From: a virus
Strand: one strand, 5' to 3'
IMG/VR virus record: IMGVR_UViG_3300032163_000002
Span: 77,028 to 141,027 of that record
DNA: 64,000 bases
Shown here piece after piece: positions 46,817 through 57,089 of the stretch. The first letter of the stretch is position 1; every line of letters starts with the position of its first letter. The notes beneath the pieces are model-generated. The model made no database searches, was not told the DNA's origin, and worked only from the letters and a program-made list of their open reading frames with translations. The position numbers were made by a program, and so were the translations under genes.

Positions 46817-47074
46817 TCAGATTACTTGCATTTTTGTTGCGCCAGCAATAATAGTTGATCCTTCATCCGTCATACTTCCAACCATACCAACAAATTTTCC
46901 TTCAACTTTCGTTTTCGTAGAAAGTGCTGCTACTAAAGTTGCTGTGCCGTGCCCTGTCAAAATTGAACCAAGAAATGCCACAAAAAGTCCTCCTATCTTA
47001 AACTTTGTGGATACATTACTCGTAACTGTACGGCCATCGTCATCAGGAGAAGTAAGAGTGGCGATAGCTGGCAT
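46817..47074 (-). CDS. PAAR-like spike-tip protein (85 aa)
   Basis: MPAIATLTS..., KIGGLFVAFLGS, KVEGKFVGMVGS: three PAAR-like repeats; located between spike and gp25 (track start 47242 is too long). Confidence 0.65.
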   Translation of the reverse strand: MPAIATLTSPDDDGRTVTSNVSTKFKIGGLFVAFLGSILTGHGTATLVAALSTKTKVEGKFVGMVGSMTDEGSTIIAGATKMQVI

Positions 47075-47078
47075 TTTC

Positions 47079-49337
47079 TTAATTCCAATTATACAAAGAA
47101 GCAGTACCCGAAAGCGTTCCGGCAACCGAAATTGCCATTGCCGCAGATTGTTCCGTAAGAGTTCCAGAAACGTCAAGAAGCATTGTCGCAGCATATTCCG
47201 AAAGAGACGTAATGGCCGTAATGGAAATAGCAGACCCATCAAATACCATCACGTCGCCCCACATATCACGAATTTTGATGGAGGAAAGAGTAACTTCGAC
47301 ATAAGTAACACCCGGCACAGGCTCCCCTGCTCCAATACTGAGAACCGCACCTGCTCCAGCAACCGTAGCCGATCCTCCAAAAAGCCCTAAATAACCAGCC
47401 GCAAGTGCGAGAGCCCCCAACGAAATTCCTGCGGAAACAACAACTCCTCCACTTATAAATGATGAAGCCATCACTCCAAGGGCTCCAACGGTCGCTCCAC
47501 TACTTTGTGTGAAAACCCCACTGACTACGGAATTCCATTCTTCATAAATCGTATCCGTAACCGTGACATCGCCTCCGAAAATATCTGCTACACTTCGAAT
47601 ATGACTCATCGTAGCAATCATCGCGGAAGGTCCAGAATAAGTCGTTCCCCGCGATACTACGAAAGTATCCTGAACATCAAGCCCTACGGCAGCTCCTATG
47701 ATTGCACAGCGATCAAACCTGAGTCGGGTCTGCTTCACCCCTGCTCCTGCCGAAGAAACCCCATTCACCACTCCGGAAATAACCGGGCACAAAACCGCAT
47801 CCACATCAGTCTGCGTAAGATTCAACCCGTCTCCAGCTAATCCACTGATTGATTGAACCTTCCTGAGCTTGATTAGAGATTCGGTCGCTTTGATGCCGTC
47901 TCCGGCCAACCCGGAGATCGAATCCTGCCCTACCACGTTAACCGTAGAGCCCGCACCTGCCACGATACCGTCTCCGGCCTGCCCTGTGATGGCCGTACCC
48001 TTAGAGGCCGTAATTTGACAGTCTGAACCCGCGTTTACACCATCCCCAGCCATTCCGGTAACTGCCTGACACTGTGACAGGATGAGCCGGGCTGCTGCCC
48101 CCATCTTGACCCCGTCTCCTGCCATTCCAGTAACTGCTGCCGCTCCCTGTAAGGAAGCATAAGAATCATCTCCAAGCGTAACCCCGTCCCCACCCTCTCC
48201 TGTAATGTTCTCAACAAAAAAGGTAGCGAGACGAGAACCTTCAATAATTTTTGCGCCGGAACCCGCTAGTCCATTGACCTTCGCAACTTCATAAAGTTGG
48301 AGAAGAGATTTATTTGCGGCGTAAACTCCATCCAAACCCATCCCCTCAATGGTAATAACGTCGTTTACATAAAGCTCAGAAGTCTCATCAAGATGAATTC
48401 CATGCCGACCAGTTCCTATAAGTGATTGCACACTGACAACATGACCGTGGCCGCCATTTTCAAGCTGAATAGCGTCCTTCGCGTCACTCTTAATAAGTTG
48501 CCCACCAAGCATAAAAATCGAATTCAGATTTGCACCACGAATAGCAGAATTTCCTTGACCACGAATTATTTTGAACGTACGAACTTCCGCCCCAGCATGA
48601 TTATCAAGGAAAATTGCAGAGTCAGAGTTTCCGATAATTTGATCGCATTTGTTACAGAGCACAAAACCGTGTGTATCTCCGAAAATGGCCTGTATCTGTC
48701 CTTGAATCAGCGCACAGTTCAACCCTTCGATTCGGGCGTAATTTTCAGCATGAGCAGCATAAGTAGCTACGCCTTCAATTACAGCACACTCGATAGCCTG
48801 AATTACGGAACGATCAAGTGCCCATAATGCTTTCACACCTTTGATTGAAGGACATTTTGAAAGAAGCACAAAAGAAGCACCGTCAGCTTTGATTGCTGCC
48901 GTCCCATGAGCCGAATAACTACAACGAGTAATTCGCCCCTGCGAACCGCTAGAAAAATCACATCCAATATCACTTGCGGAAAAAATAGAATTATCCGCGC
49001 GAAGATAAGAGCGTGCTTTTAATTGCCACTTGCTCGTCGAAGTGATATTGTAAAGATCCGCTTTTGAACCAGTAAGCGCAACATTACCACTACCAAAACC
49101 CGTACCTCGTGACATGAGAAGCGAATCGCTTCCCACAATACTTTCGCATTTTCCACCTTCAATGAATATATTGTTGTTTCCCTGCAATATCAAATTTCCG
49201 ATGATACACGAATAAAAACGAACGTGTACATCCTTCGGAACGACAGCATCACCTTTTTCACCAATTACTGTAAACGAGTGAAGATATCGCCCTTTTTCAG
49301 TCTTGTAATTAAAGTCTATTACTGATTGGATAGACAC
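47079..49337 (-). CDS. Right-handed beta-helix protein with spike-like C-terminus
   Basis: Approximately 23-aa repeats (I/V)TG.AGDG(V/I); ends ...SGTASLYNWN. Confidence 0.7.
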   Translation of the reverse strand: MSIQSVIDFNYKTEKGRYLHSFTVIGEKGDAVVPKDVHVRFYSCIIGNLILQGNNNIFIEGGKCESIVGSDSLLMSRGTGFGSGNVALTGSKADLYNITSTSKWQLKARSYLRADNSIFSASDIGCDFSSGSQGRITRCSYSAHGTAAIKADGASFVLLSKCPSIKGVKALWALDRSVIQAIECAVIEGVATYAAHAENYARIEGLNCALIQGQIQAIFGDTHGFVLCNKCDQIIGNSDSAIFLDNHAGAEVRTFKIIRGQGNSAIRGANLNSIFMLGGQLIKSDAKDAIQLENGGHGHVVSVQSLIGTGRHGIHLDETSELYVNDVITIEGMGLDGVYAANKSLLQLYEVAKVNGLAGSGAKIIEGSRLATFFVENITGEGGDGVTLGDDSYASLQGAAAVTGMAGDGVKMGAAARLILSQCQAVTGMAGDGVNAGSDCQITASKGTAITGQAGDGIVAGAGSTVNVVGQDSISGLAGDGIKATESLIKLRKVQSISGLAGDGLNLTQTDVDAVLCPVISGVVNGVSSAGAGVKQTRLRFDRCAIIGAAVGLDVQDTFVVSRGTTYSGPSAMIATMSHIRSVADIFGGDVTVTDTIYEEWNSVVSGVFTQSSGATVGALGVMASSFISGGVVVSAGISLGALALAAGYLGLFGGSATVAGAGAVLSIGAGEPVPGVTYVEVTLSSIKIRDMWGDVMVFDGSAISITAITSLSEYAATMLLDVSGTLTEQSAAMAISVAGTLSGTASLYNWN

Positions 49338-49340
49338 GAA

Positions 49341-49898
49341 TTATTTCCTAGCTAAGAATTCAGAAATAGGATACGCCCATTTACTGCAATTACATGGCGG
49401 ACACGCCACAGTCAGATTACAGACTAAATGTTTTCCTCCTCTAGCAAGAGGAATAATATGATCTACATGCCGCCATTTCACTGTTGTGGGCTTTCTACAA
49501 TATGCACACGGAATATGTTCCGCAGTCCTAACCCACCGGTAAAAAGCTACCAACCCGGCCTTTTCTTCTTTAGGTGCGTTGTGTAAAAGCTTAGCACGAA
49601 CTCGAAAATACTCCCAACAATAATTCAGGTTTGCTTTGTACCACGCGCGCTTTCGTAAAAGAATTCGCTCTCGATGCTTTGCGTAGTGTTCCTTTAAATG
49701 TTTAATCCGCCATTTCCGTGAAGCTACCAGAATCTTCGCGCAAAATTCAGGATCATTCCTTTGTTTCTGCGCCCACAAGCGACTGCGCCTTCGCGTCTCA
49801 TCAGGAGGCTTCTTATCCCACAGGCGACTTCGCCTCTTAATCTTCGCTTTATGCTTAGCGTAATAGACTTTGAAATACGCTTTCCGGTCAAAACTCAT
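49341..49898 (-). CDS. Free-standing HNH endonuclease
   Basis: CAYC...HVDHIIPLARGGKH...NL..ACPPCN..K. Confidence 0.9.
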   Translation of the reverse strand: MSFDRKAYFKVYYAKHKAKIKRRSRLWDKKPPDETRRRSRLWAQKQRNDPEFCAKILVASRKWRIKHLKEHYAKHRERILLRKRAWYKANLNYCWEYFRVRAKLLHNAPKEEKAGLVAFYRWVRTAEHIPCAYCRKPTTVKWRHVDHIIPLARGGKHLVCNLTVACPPCNCSKWAYPISEFLARK

Positions 49899-51040
49899 TA
49901 CTTTGTCTCCCCTCCAGACAAATCTCCAATAATCAAGGCGTCTCCCCCAACAAGGAGATCCCCTTCAACGAAGGCGTCTCCTTTGATCGTTGCCCGCCCG
50001 AGAATTTCGAGGGATTGGACATTTATGCGCATGACAACCGGCCCGGTAATTTCGACATATCCAGCCGCCGCGTCGAGAATGATTCGCGCACCCGCGTCCC
50101 CACCAGACGAAGAAGAAAAAATAATCCGCTTTGAGCCTGCATCAAGTTCAACGGACATTTCATCTTTCGCTCCAGCATAATTAGTGTTGTCTTTTTCAAC
50201 TGGACGTGAAAGAATTTTGATGCGCTCAGAGCCAACGTGTGCGTGCAAAAGCAAACTCTGCCCTGCCGCATCCACGAGGAACATTCGCGTTTCGTTTGCG
50301 ACAGTATCCTCAAAAGTAACAGGGGGTTCACCTTTCGAAGCCAGCATATGCCCACGCTGACTAACATTTTGAAGATTTGGTACTTTCTGGACTTCACTTT
50401 CCATATGAAGCCCCTGCCCGGCCCGGTCTACGACTGAGATGTTCTCGCGCTCGTCCTTGTCGTCGAAGACGATAGCCGCACCCTTTACGCTCTTGGCAGG
50501 AACCATGACTTCCGGTGAAGCATGGAGCATCTGAAGAGCTTCGATAGGAACTTCTGGACCCTTCGGCCCGGTCCATTTGTCCGTGGTTCCAGCCATCGAA
50601 ATTTCAGCAAGAGGCAGCCCCATCGTACGAAGATACTCTTGTTGCTGTTTGTTGACGGCAAAAAATCCGCCCATGTAAATTGGTAATTCCGGATTTCCTG
50701 ATGCGAACATAACCCATACAGTCGAACCAACCGGAGGGATCATGAATGAACCGTAATCATTTCCTCCAGCAAAAGGAAAGCATGGCATTGCCCACGGCAA
50801 ATTTTTCGTCGGCACCTTCGTTGTAATATCTGTACCTTGTGGTCCGTGGATTTGATAAATACGTACTTTTACGCGCCCCATCTGAAGCGGATCAAGAACA
50901 TATTCAACAATACCGGGCCAAGCACCATCGAAGCGCGCGGAAGAGTGCTGTGGGCGGGAGCTGAACCCCCCAGCGATTGCAGGCGCATCCTGATAAGATT
51001 CAGCCATATTAACCGAGCGTACTCGTGGCTTTTTCGCCAC
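49898..51040 (-). CDS. Baseplate spike gp5/VgrG/gpV-like (OB-fold)
   Basis: DPLQMGRVKVRI, LPWAMP, PPVGSTVWVMFASGNPELPIYMG; alternative start at 51007. Confidence 0.85.
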   Translation of the reverse strand: MAKKPRVRSVNMAESYQDAPAIAGGFSSRPQHSSARFDGAWPGIVEYVLDPLQMGRVKVRIYQIHGPQGTDITTKVPTKNLPWAMPCFPFAGGNDYGSFMIPPVGSTVWVMFASGNPELPIYMGGFFAVNKQQQEYLRTMGLPLAEISMAGTTDKWTGPKGPEVPIEALQMLHASPEVMVPAKSVKGAAIVFDDKDERENISVVDRAGQGLHMESEVQKVPNLQNVSQRGHMLASKGEPPVTFEDTVANETRMFLVDAAGQSLLLHAHVGSERIKILSRPVEKDNTNYAGAKDEMSVELDAGSKRIIFSSSSGGDAGARIILDAAAGYVEITGPVVMRINVQSLEILGRATIKGDAFVEGDLLVGGDALIIGDLSGGETK

Positions 51041-52226
51041 TCTTTGCGGAAGTTCGCCACAATTTCAGTGTTGTTTCGTATGCTCCGTCATTGATATCAT
51101 GTGTAATTCCACATGACCAATAAAGTCCAGAAGTCCAATGAAGCCCTCCATCAGGTTTAGCTACAATGATTTCGTATTTCTTAAAAGGCTTGAGCGTCGG
51201 ATCACCTACAACTTTCAAACTTCCTGTAAACGCCGCCATCCATGCATATCTGTACCACCAGTGTTTTGCTTCGCGCTCTCCAAAATATTCATCTGGCTGT
51301 ACGCTATAAGTACGTCCCCCTTCTTGAAATTCTATTTCGCTTTGAGCTTTCTCTGTCTGTTTTTTAGCAGGGTCAGTGACATTTCCTTTACCAGTACCTT
51401 TCGTGTCACTTTTCAAATTTGCCTTCAACGCGGTATCTGTTAGATTCATTGTAGGATTTGTTGAAGACCCTCCAAACAACAAAGCAGCAAGAAGATTTCC
51501 TTGAAAATGAGGGCAGAATTCAATAACTTCTGTTTGTCTGTGCCTCCAGATAAATGTCTTAACCGGAGCTTCTTCTGTCTTTGGAGGATGAAAATGAAGT
51601 TCATTTTTTTCCGCATCAAAGTAAAGAACATACCCGGAAGCTTTGTCCTTCTTGCGTTCAGCCTGCCGTAGAAGCTTGTTCATGATGAACGCAAGATCCG
51701 TTGAAGTCTGCTGCCAGCGCTTATCTATGAGCTTTGTGTCATCTTCGTCTTCACGATATTCAACATCACTCGTGTCGTCTACCACAGCTTTGAAGCCATT
51801 ATCCTTGGCAATTTGTGTCACGATCTCGTGGACTTTCTTGTTTTCCCAACATCTCGTTTTCATTTGTCGATGAAGATTCAACGCGAGAGACATTCCCTTT
51901 AACCGAATACGAATTCCATCTACGAGAAATTGCGGAATATACTCAAGAATATATCCTTGATACATGGGAGAACGCCCACCAGTTGTGTACCCGAACTGAA
52001 ATTGACATTCTCCTTTTGATTTAGCGACAAGTGTTTCAATCGTGTCATAAGTTGGATCAAATAAAGTGAATTCGAAAGTTCCGATAGTTTCAACCGTAAA
52101 ATCACACTGAAAACTTTCAAGATGTTTTGGACGACCTGTAAAATCATCTACTGTAACTGGTGTACCTGCGATCCACAGCCAAGCAAACGCAATATGCGGG
52201 TTAGGCGTGATGGCTGGGTCTAGCAC
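51009..52226 (-). CDS. Baseplate hub protein (P2 gpD/T4 gp27-like)
   Basis: EIVTQIAKDNG, QQTSTDLAFI, LHFHPP, GDPTL, SGLY...ITHDI..G.YETTL. Confidence 0.8.
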   Translation of the reverse strand: MLDPAITPNPHIAFAWLWIAGTPVTVDDFTGRPKHLESFQCDFTVETIGTFEFTLFDPTYDTIETLVAKSKGECQFQFGYTTGGRSPMYQGYILEYIPQFLVDGIRIRLKGMSLALNLHRQMKTRCWENKKVHEIVTQIAKDNGFKAVVDDTSDVEYREDEDDTKLIDKRWQQTSTDLAFIMNKLLRQAERKKDKASGYVLYFDAEKNELHFHPPKTEEAPVKTFIWRHRQTEVIEFCPHFQGNLLAALLFGGSSTNPTMNLTDTALKANLKSDTKGTGKGNVTDPAKKQTEKAQSEIEFQEGGRTYSVQPDEYFGEREAKHWWYRYAWMAAFTGSLKVVGDPTLKPFKKYEIIVAKPDGGLHWTSGLYWSCGITHDINDGAYETTLKLWRTSAKSGEKATSTLG

Positions 52227-52234
52227 GGCACACC

Positions 52235-52579
52235 TTAACGAATAGCCCCATTACGCATCAAAGGAGAAATATCCGGAATACGAAGTACATCACCTTCGGT
52301 AAGCTCATCGCACGAAAACATGAGCCCATTAACGTGCGCCAGCACCCACCAGAGTTCCGGTGTCTGGTAATACTTGTAAGCGATCAAATCGAGTCGTCCG
52401 ACATCCGCTGAAGTGACTGTATGGTAAACATCGTTAGGAGAAAACAGAATATCCGGTGGAATCCATGTCCCCCAAAACTTTTCTCCACCCTGTTGAAAAA
52501 GAAGCTGTCCGTTAAAACGCGAGTAACCACTCACGATTTCAGAATCAGCAGGAAGCGGTTTAAGCTCCTGAGTTTGCAT
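52235..52579 (-). CDS. LysM-like baseplate protein (T4 gp53-like)
   Basis: GRLDLIAYKYYQTPELWWVLAHVN...GDVLRIP. Confidence 0.85.
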   Translation of the reverse strand: MQTQELKPLPADSEIVSGYSRFNGQLLFQQGGEKFWGTWIPPDILFSPNDVYHTVTSADVGRLDLIAYKYYQTPELWWVLAHVNGLMFSCDELTEGDVLRIPDISPLMRNGAIR

Positions 52580-53088
52580 TAGTGTGCGCCTCCCCTTCTA
52601 TCCAATGTACCCAACGGAGTATCTTGTACTTCAGCGAATTCAAGCGTTACGCGCACTCCATGAGGAAGACCGGGGCCAGCTTCCCACGGCCATGCTCCAA
52701 GATATTCCGCTTCCGCGTTCGTACAAACACACTGAAATCCTGTTACAATATCTCCAATATTTACAAGACATTTGTGAGGGGGTGCAATGCCTTTGCTGTA
52801 ATCAGGATAAGGTAAGGATAAAAGAAGATCCACATCATGTTTAATCTCTCCAGTGCTCTTAGGCGTACCATCTGCCGTAGGATCTGTAAACATATTTGCC
52901 GTAAATCGAATAATACGAGAAGGCCCCGCGCTATACCCACGAAGAGGTGAAGAACGCCCCTGAATATTATATGTAGCCCAATTCGATCCTTTTGAATCGG
53001 CAATGGTATCTGGAATAAACTGCATCGTAAACTGATCTCCAGTTTCAATATCATAAACAGTGCAGTTTGCAGGATCTAGATAACCCAT
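52579..53088 (-). CDS. Tail tube initiator/baseplate hub protein
   Basis: QFIP..I.D.K..NW....IQGRSSP, PPHKC; directly downstream of the tape measure gene. Confidence 0.7.
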   Translation of the reverse strand: MGYLDPANCTVYDIETGDQFTMQFIPDTIADSKGSNWATYNIQGRSSPLRGYSAGPSRIIRFTANMFTDPTADGTPKSTGEIKHDVDLLLSLPYPDYSKGIAPPHKCLVNIGDIVTGFQCVCTNAEAEYLGAWPWEAGPGLPHGVRVTLEFAEVQDTPLGTLDRRGGAH

Positions 53089-56000
53089 TTATCCACCCAT
53101 ACCTCCACGGTTGAGTGCTTCGCTTTCACGAGAAAATTGAGGCGCACCAGAAGTATTCTTACGGTGTTGAAGAACCGCGAGCTGTTGTGCTAAAATCGCA
53201 TTAGCTCGACGAAGTTCCGCAAGAATACTTTCATCCCCCTGAGTTTTTCCAGTATAGGGTTTTACTGCCGTGGAAGCCACTGCTGTACCAGAAAGCACCC
53301 GCTCGGCACTTGCAGCCTTCGGCGTAGTTTCTACATGCAGATGTGGTCCACTCCACTCTTCACGTCCTGTAGGCTTGCGCTCATCACCGACTTTGTACCC
53401 AGCAGTTTTGTAAGCTAAGATGAGTTCTTCAATTTCCCTTTCTGTCCTATCCTTCGTCCGAATATCAGCAGCCATTCCAGCATAATGCTTACTGCCTGAA
53501 ACGTGTTTTCCACCTGTTGTTGAAGTTGCCGTAGCACCATAAGCTGCTGCAATTTTCACAATGTCTGCAACATTTGCTTTGCCCGGTGTTTCTGATAATT
53601 TTTCGTTATAAGACATCGGTGCAACAAATTTTTTGAATTCAAAGGTAGTCGCCGCGTGATCAAGATGCTCTGCGGCACGCGATAAATCAGTAAATGTTTC
53701 TGTCTTTTTTTCTGTAACTTTTGCTACATCAGAGGTCATTTCTTCAGACGTTTTTACATGAAAATCTCTTAGTTCCTTGACGAGCTTTGCATATTCTGCC
53801 TGAAGAGGTTCCAATTCTGCATAGGTTGCACCTTTCCCCGCAGTTTTCTTATTGAATTCCTCAAATTTTTCAGCAAGATCCGGTGCTCCATATTTACGTG
53901 CTTTCGCGGCCATCTGAACGGACTGTTCAGACATTTCTTTTGCGATGTTATCCGTGATGACCTTGGATGCAAACCGCATATCAAAGAAGCCTTTTTCACC
54001 TCTTTTATCAGTACGATTCGCAATAATATCTCCAAGTTTATCTGTAAGTCTATGTAATTCTAAGTCAAGTAAAATACTCGTACCAAGCGAAGCCACACCG
54101 CCTGCAACATGCCTGCCTAAATTAGCATATTTAGCCGCCTTAAGCGCGCGTACGGCTACTCCAGCATCTTTGGTGACTTCAAGACCTGTTTTAATCGCTG
54201 AAGGCGCAGCTTTAGTTGCACCTTCGATTATTGTTGGAACAGCTTTCTCTCCTATACCAAAAAGTTTCTTGACTTGAGGCAACATCATTTTCACTACAGT
54301 TCCCCAAATCAAAGTTTGTTCCGCCACACCAAGCATTCCTTTAGTACCCTCTCCAAGAGAAAGCGCTTTACCTGCAAATTTATCCGCAGCAAGATTAAGT
54401 TTTTCTGCTGCGTGCAAAAGAGTTCCATACGCCTTCTTTTGCTGCTCAGTTATAACCCCCCACGCTTTTTCCTGAGCCTTAGCAACATTTTCTCCCGCAG
54501 TGAAATAAGGTTTCCACGCCTCTTCCATCATCTTTGTAGCTTCCGGACCACCTTTCCCCATCTGCGCAAGCTGCTTCCCAGCAACCGATTCTCCTAAATA
54601 ACCGGGACCTCCACCAGCAGCGACACGTTGATTTGCAATTTCTCCTGTCGGTGCAATCCCCATTTGAAGCATCACATCACGCGCAGCGAAACTCCCCATA
54701 GGTACATTTCCGAACATGCCTCGTACACTTGCTGCCGCTTGATTCTTGAAGGTTTGAATTCGTTCCGCAGCACCTTCAACACCATTTTCCAGATCAGCGA
54801 GCATTTGCATCGCTTCCTGTGGCGACGCTCCACCCAAAATAAGCGCTTGAAGACCTTTCTGCCCTTCAGCCATTCCCCCTTCAAGGAGACTTTTCGTGTC
54901 ATTGACGACAGCTTCAGCTTTCATCCCGTAAAGAGACATATTCGCCGCAGCCTTCAACGTGGAATCCGCAATATTCTTGGTAGCATTAGCGTTATCTGTC
55001 AAGCCAAATCTAACGTATTTCAACTGTTCGTAAAGACTAGCTTGCTCCTCAACGGTAACTCCAGAAATCTTAGCGACAAGCGCAGACTTTTTTGCTTGCT
55101 CGTCAAGAGCTTTTCCAGAAATATTGTAATATTGTTGCCATGTCGAAATAAGGGCTCCTGCTTCCTCCGTAGCCAGTCCTGTAGCATCACGAAGCTCAAG
55201 AGCTGTTTTAGCCCCCTCTTTGAAGTCCGCCAAACGAATTACAGGTCCGCGAGATAACGCAACATTAACTTTTTGAAGCTCAGCAAGAGTCGCCCCTGTT
55301 ATCGCCTGCACATTAGCGATTTCCGTGTATCGCTTTCCAAGATCCGCTTCACCCGACATTAACGTCAGGTGAGAAGCTTCCTGCGCCATTTTGTAGGTAG
55401 CTTCAGCTTTATCAAGTGTCTTTTTTCCTACAGCAATAGCTAACCCACCGAGAATAGATTCTCCAACTCCAATTCCTTTGATACGTGTTAAAAATTGCTC
55501 TACAGTGCCGAACATGGTTTTCGACGATTTACCGGCCTGTTCAACTTTTTTCTCATACTTATCAAGTGCTTTGACGGCTTGATCCAAAGACTTCGGCACT
55601 TCCTTACCAAAGAACCGATATCGCTCAACTATTTTTTCAAGCTCTTGGCGGTTAGCCTGCACAAAATTCAACCCTTCCATAGTTGATTTCTTAAAAGCAG
55701 CATCCACCGCAGCCGTTGAGACTATCGCTTTTTTCTGGTAATGCTCAAAAGGTTCAGGTTTCTCTAATTCATCATAAAATTTTGCCAACTCACTTGATTG
55801 CCCATATAAAGCACTTCCCCCTTTAGCAGCATTTTTTCTCAGACTTTCAGTAAACTTGTCACTACTAATACCAGCCTTTGCGTATTGTCCTTCCATTTTT
55901 TCTGCAAAATCTCCCATTTCAGGAGATACAGTTTTTGCCACCGGAGCGGCCATCGCAGGCGCAGGCGCTCCAGCCATCGTTGGGGCAGGAGCAGGAAGCA

Positions 56001-56910
56001 CCATTGGTGTAGGCACCCTCGCCGCAGTAGGCGTAGCCGCTGCTGCTTCAAAAACTGGATAAGGAGTTTTTACAGCCGTAGCCATAGCAGGTGCAGGAGC
56101 AGCAATCTCAGGAGGAGGAATATTTACCACACCCGGAGTAGGAAGCACCATTTCCGGAGAAGGAACATGTGCAGCCGCAGGTGAAGGAAGTTCAATTTCA
56201 GGTGGAGGAATTTTAGCAGCCGTAGCCACTGTCGAAGTAGGGGCAGGGAGCATCATTTCCGGAGAAGGAACATGTGCAGCCGCAGGTGAAGGAAGTTCAA
56301 TTTCAGGTGGAGGAATTTTAGCAGCCGTAGCCACTGTCGAAGTAGGGGCAGGGAGCATCATTTCCGGAGTCAACGCCTTCATTGCAACAGTCGCAGGAGC
56401 CGCCATTTCAGGAACAGGAATTCCTGCTGCCATAGATACAGGAGCTGCTCCCTTTGGAGCAATATACGGCGTCTTCGTAGCAGTTGCTACCGGAGCTTCC
56501 TTTCCAAGTATCGGAACTTTTGTCGGAGTAGATAACGTCCTTACACGTCCCGGTAAAGGCACTAATGTTTCTGGAAGTGGCGCAGTTTCCGGAGGAATAA
56601 ATTTTGAAACTGCCGCTAAATTTTTCGCCATGATCGGTGTAGACACCGCAGGCGCAACCTTCATACTCGGTTGGGCTTTAGCGAAGCTCTCTTGTGCTTT
56701 TAATATCGACCCAACAGCTTTTCCTTGCCGAGCCGAACTGTCTTCCCATGCCTTTGAAATCCTCGTAGCACCACGAATCTGATTTTCAACAGTGGCAGCA
56801 AGATCCCGATCAGCCTGCTGAAAAGAGCCAGAAAGCTCATTTTCCGCCGACATTTTGAAGCGGAAACCCGCTGCATCAACACTACCAATATCAGTGTCTT
56901 CGTTAGCCAC
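53089..56910 (-). CDS. Tape measure protein with Pro-rich N-region and C-terminal M15-like peptidase domain
   Basis: Long Ala-rich helical core; H..GSKHYAGMAADIR...GPHLHVE; located after the chaperone genes. Confidence 0.82.
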   Translation of the reverse strand: MANEDTDIGSVDAAGFRFKMSAENELSGSFQQADRDLAATVENQIRGATRISKAWEDSSARQGKAVGSILKAQESFAKAQPSMKVAPAVSTPIMAKNLAAVSKFIPPETAPLPETLVPLPGRVRTLSTPTKVPILGKEAPVATATKTPYIAPKGAAPVSMAAGIPVPEMAAPATVAMKALTPEMMLPAPTSTVATAAKIPPPEIELPSPAAAHVPSPEMMLPAPTSTVATAAKIPPPEIELPSPAAAHVPSPEMVLPTPGVVNIPPPEIAAPAPAMATAVKTPYPVFEAAAATPTAARVPTPMVLPAPAPTMAGAPAPAMAAPVAKTVSPEMGDFAEKMEGQYAKAGISSDKFTESLRKNAAKGGSALYGQSSELAKFYDELEKPEPFEHYQKKAIVSTAAVDAAFKKSTMEGLNFVQANRQELEKIVERYRFFGKEVPKSLDQAVKALDKYEKKVEQAGKSSKTMFGTVEQFLTRIKGIGVGESILGGLAIAVGKKTLDKAEATYKMAQEASHLTLMSGEADLGKRYTEIANVQAITGATLAELQKVNVALSRGPVIRLADFKEGAKTALELRDATGLATEEAGALISTWQQYYNISGKALDEQAKKSALVAKISGVTVEEQASLYEQLKYVRFGLTDNANATKNIADSTLKAAANMSLYGMKAEAVVNDTKSLLEGGMAEGQKGLQALILGGASPQEAMQMLADLENGVEGAAERIQTFKNQAAASVRGMFGNVPMGSFAARDVMLQMGIAPTGEIANQRVAAGGGPGYLGESVAGKQLAQMGKGGPEATKMMEEAWKPYFTAGENVAKAQEKAWGVITEQQKKAYGTLLHAAEKLNLAADKFAGKALSLGEGTKGMLGVAEQTLIWGTVVKMMLPQVKKLFGIGEKAVPTIIEGATKAAPSAIKTGLEVTKDAGVAVRALKAAKYANLGRHVAGGVASLGTSILLDLELHRLTDKLGDIIANRTDKRGEKGFFDMRFASKVITDNIAKEMSEQSVQMAAKARKYGAPDLAEKFEEFNKKTAGKGATYAELEPLQAEYAKLVKELRDFHVKTSEEMTSDVAKVTEKKTETFTDLSRAAEHLDHAATTFEFKKFVAPMSYNEKLSETPGKANVADIVKIAAAYGATATSTTGGKHVSGSKHYAGMAADIRTKDRTEREIEELILAYKTAGYKVGDERKPTGREEWSGPHLHVETTPKAASAERVLSGTAVASTAVKPYTGKTQGDESILAELRRANAILAQQLAVLQHRKNTSGAPQFSRESEALNRGGMGG
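56149..56369. repeat. Perfect 105-bp tandem duplication (35 aa, ~2.1 copies) in the tape measure gene
   Basis: catttccggag recurs at 56149, 56254 and 56359 with identical intervening sequence. Confidence 0.93.
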
Positions 56911-57089
56911 TAGGTTCTACCTTTTATTTCCCTCTGCTCAAAATCTCGTTGCTCCTGAAACTTTCTGAGAAACGCTTTTCTATCATAGGTTGGCATTGCT
57001 TCAATATCAGACCATGATTGGTGAACATGATACATGAGAGTAAAATATTCGTTATACAGATTTTCCCTTTCCACGCTTGTTAGCACGAA
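56910..57089 (-). CDS. Second tail-assembly chaperone segment (T4 gp51-like), probably reached by frameshift
   Basis: NEYFTLMYHVHQSWSDIEAMPTYDRKAFL resembles gp51/TAC-GT C-domains; no SD-supported start. Confidence 0.65.
   Translation of the reverse strand, partial: FVLTSVERENLYNEYFTLMYHVHQSWSDIEAMPTYDRKAFLRKFQEQRDFEQREIKGRT

Noticed and set aside
49341-49898. Group I intron splitting the spike gene
   Set aside because: The HNH ORF fills the whole gap and is coupled to its neighbours, leaving no room for intron core sequence; treated as free-standing.
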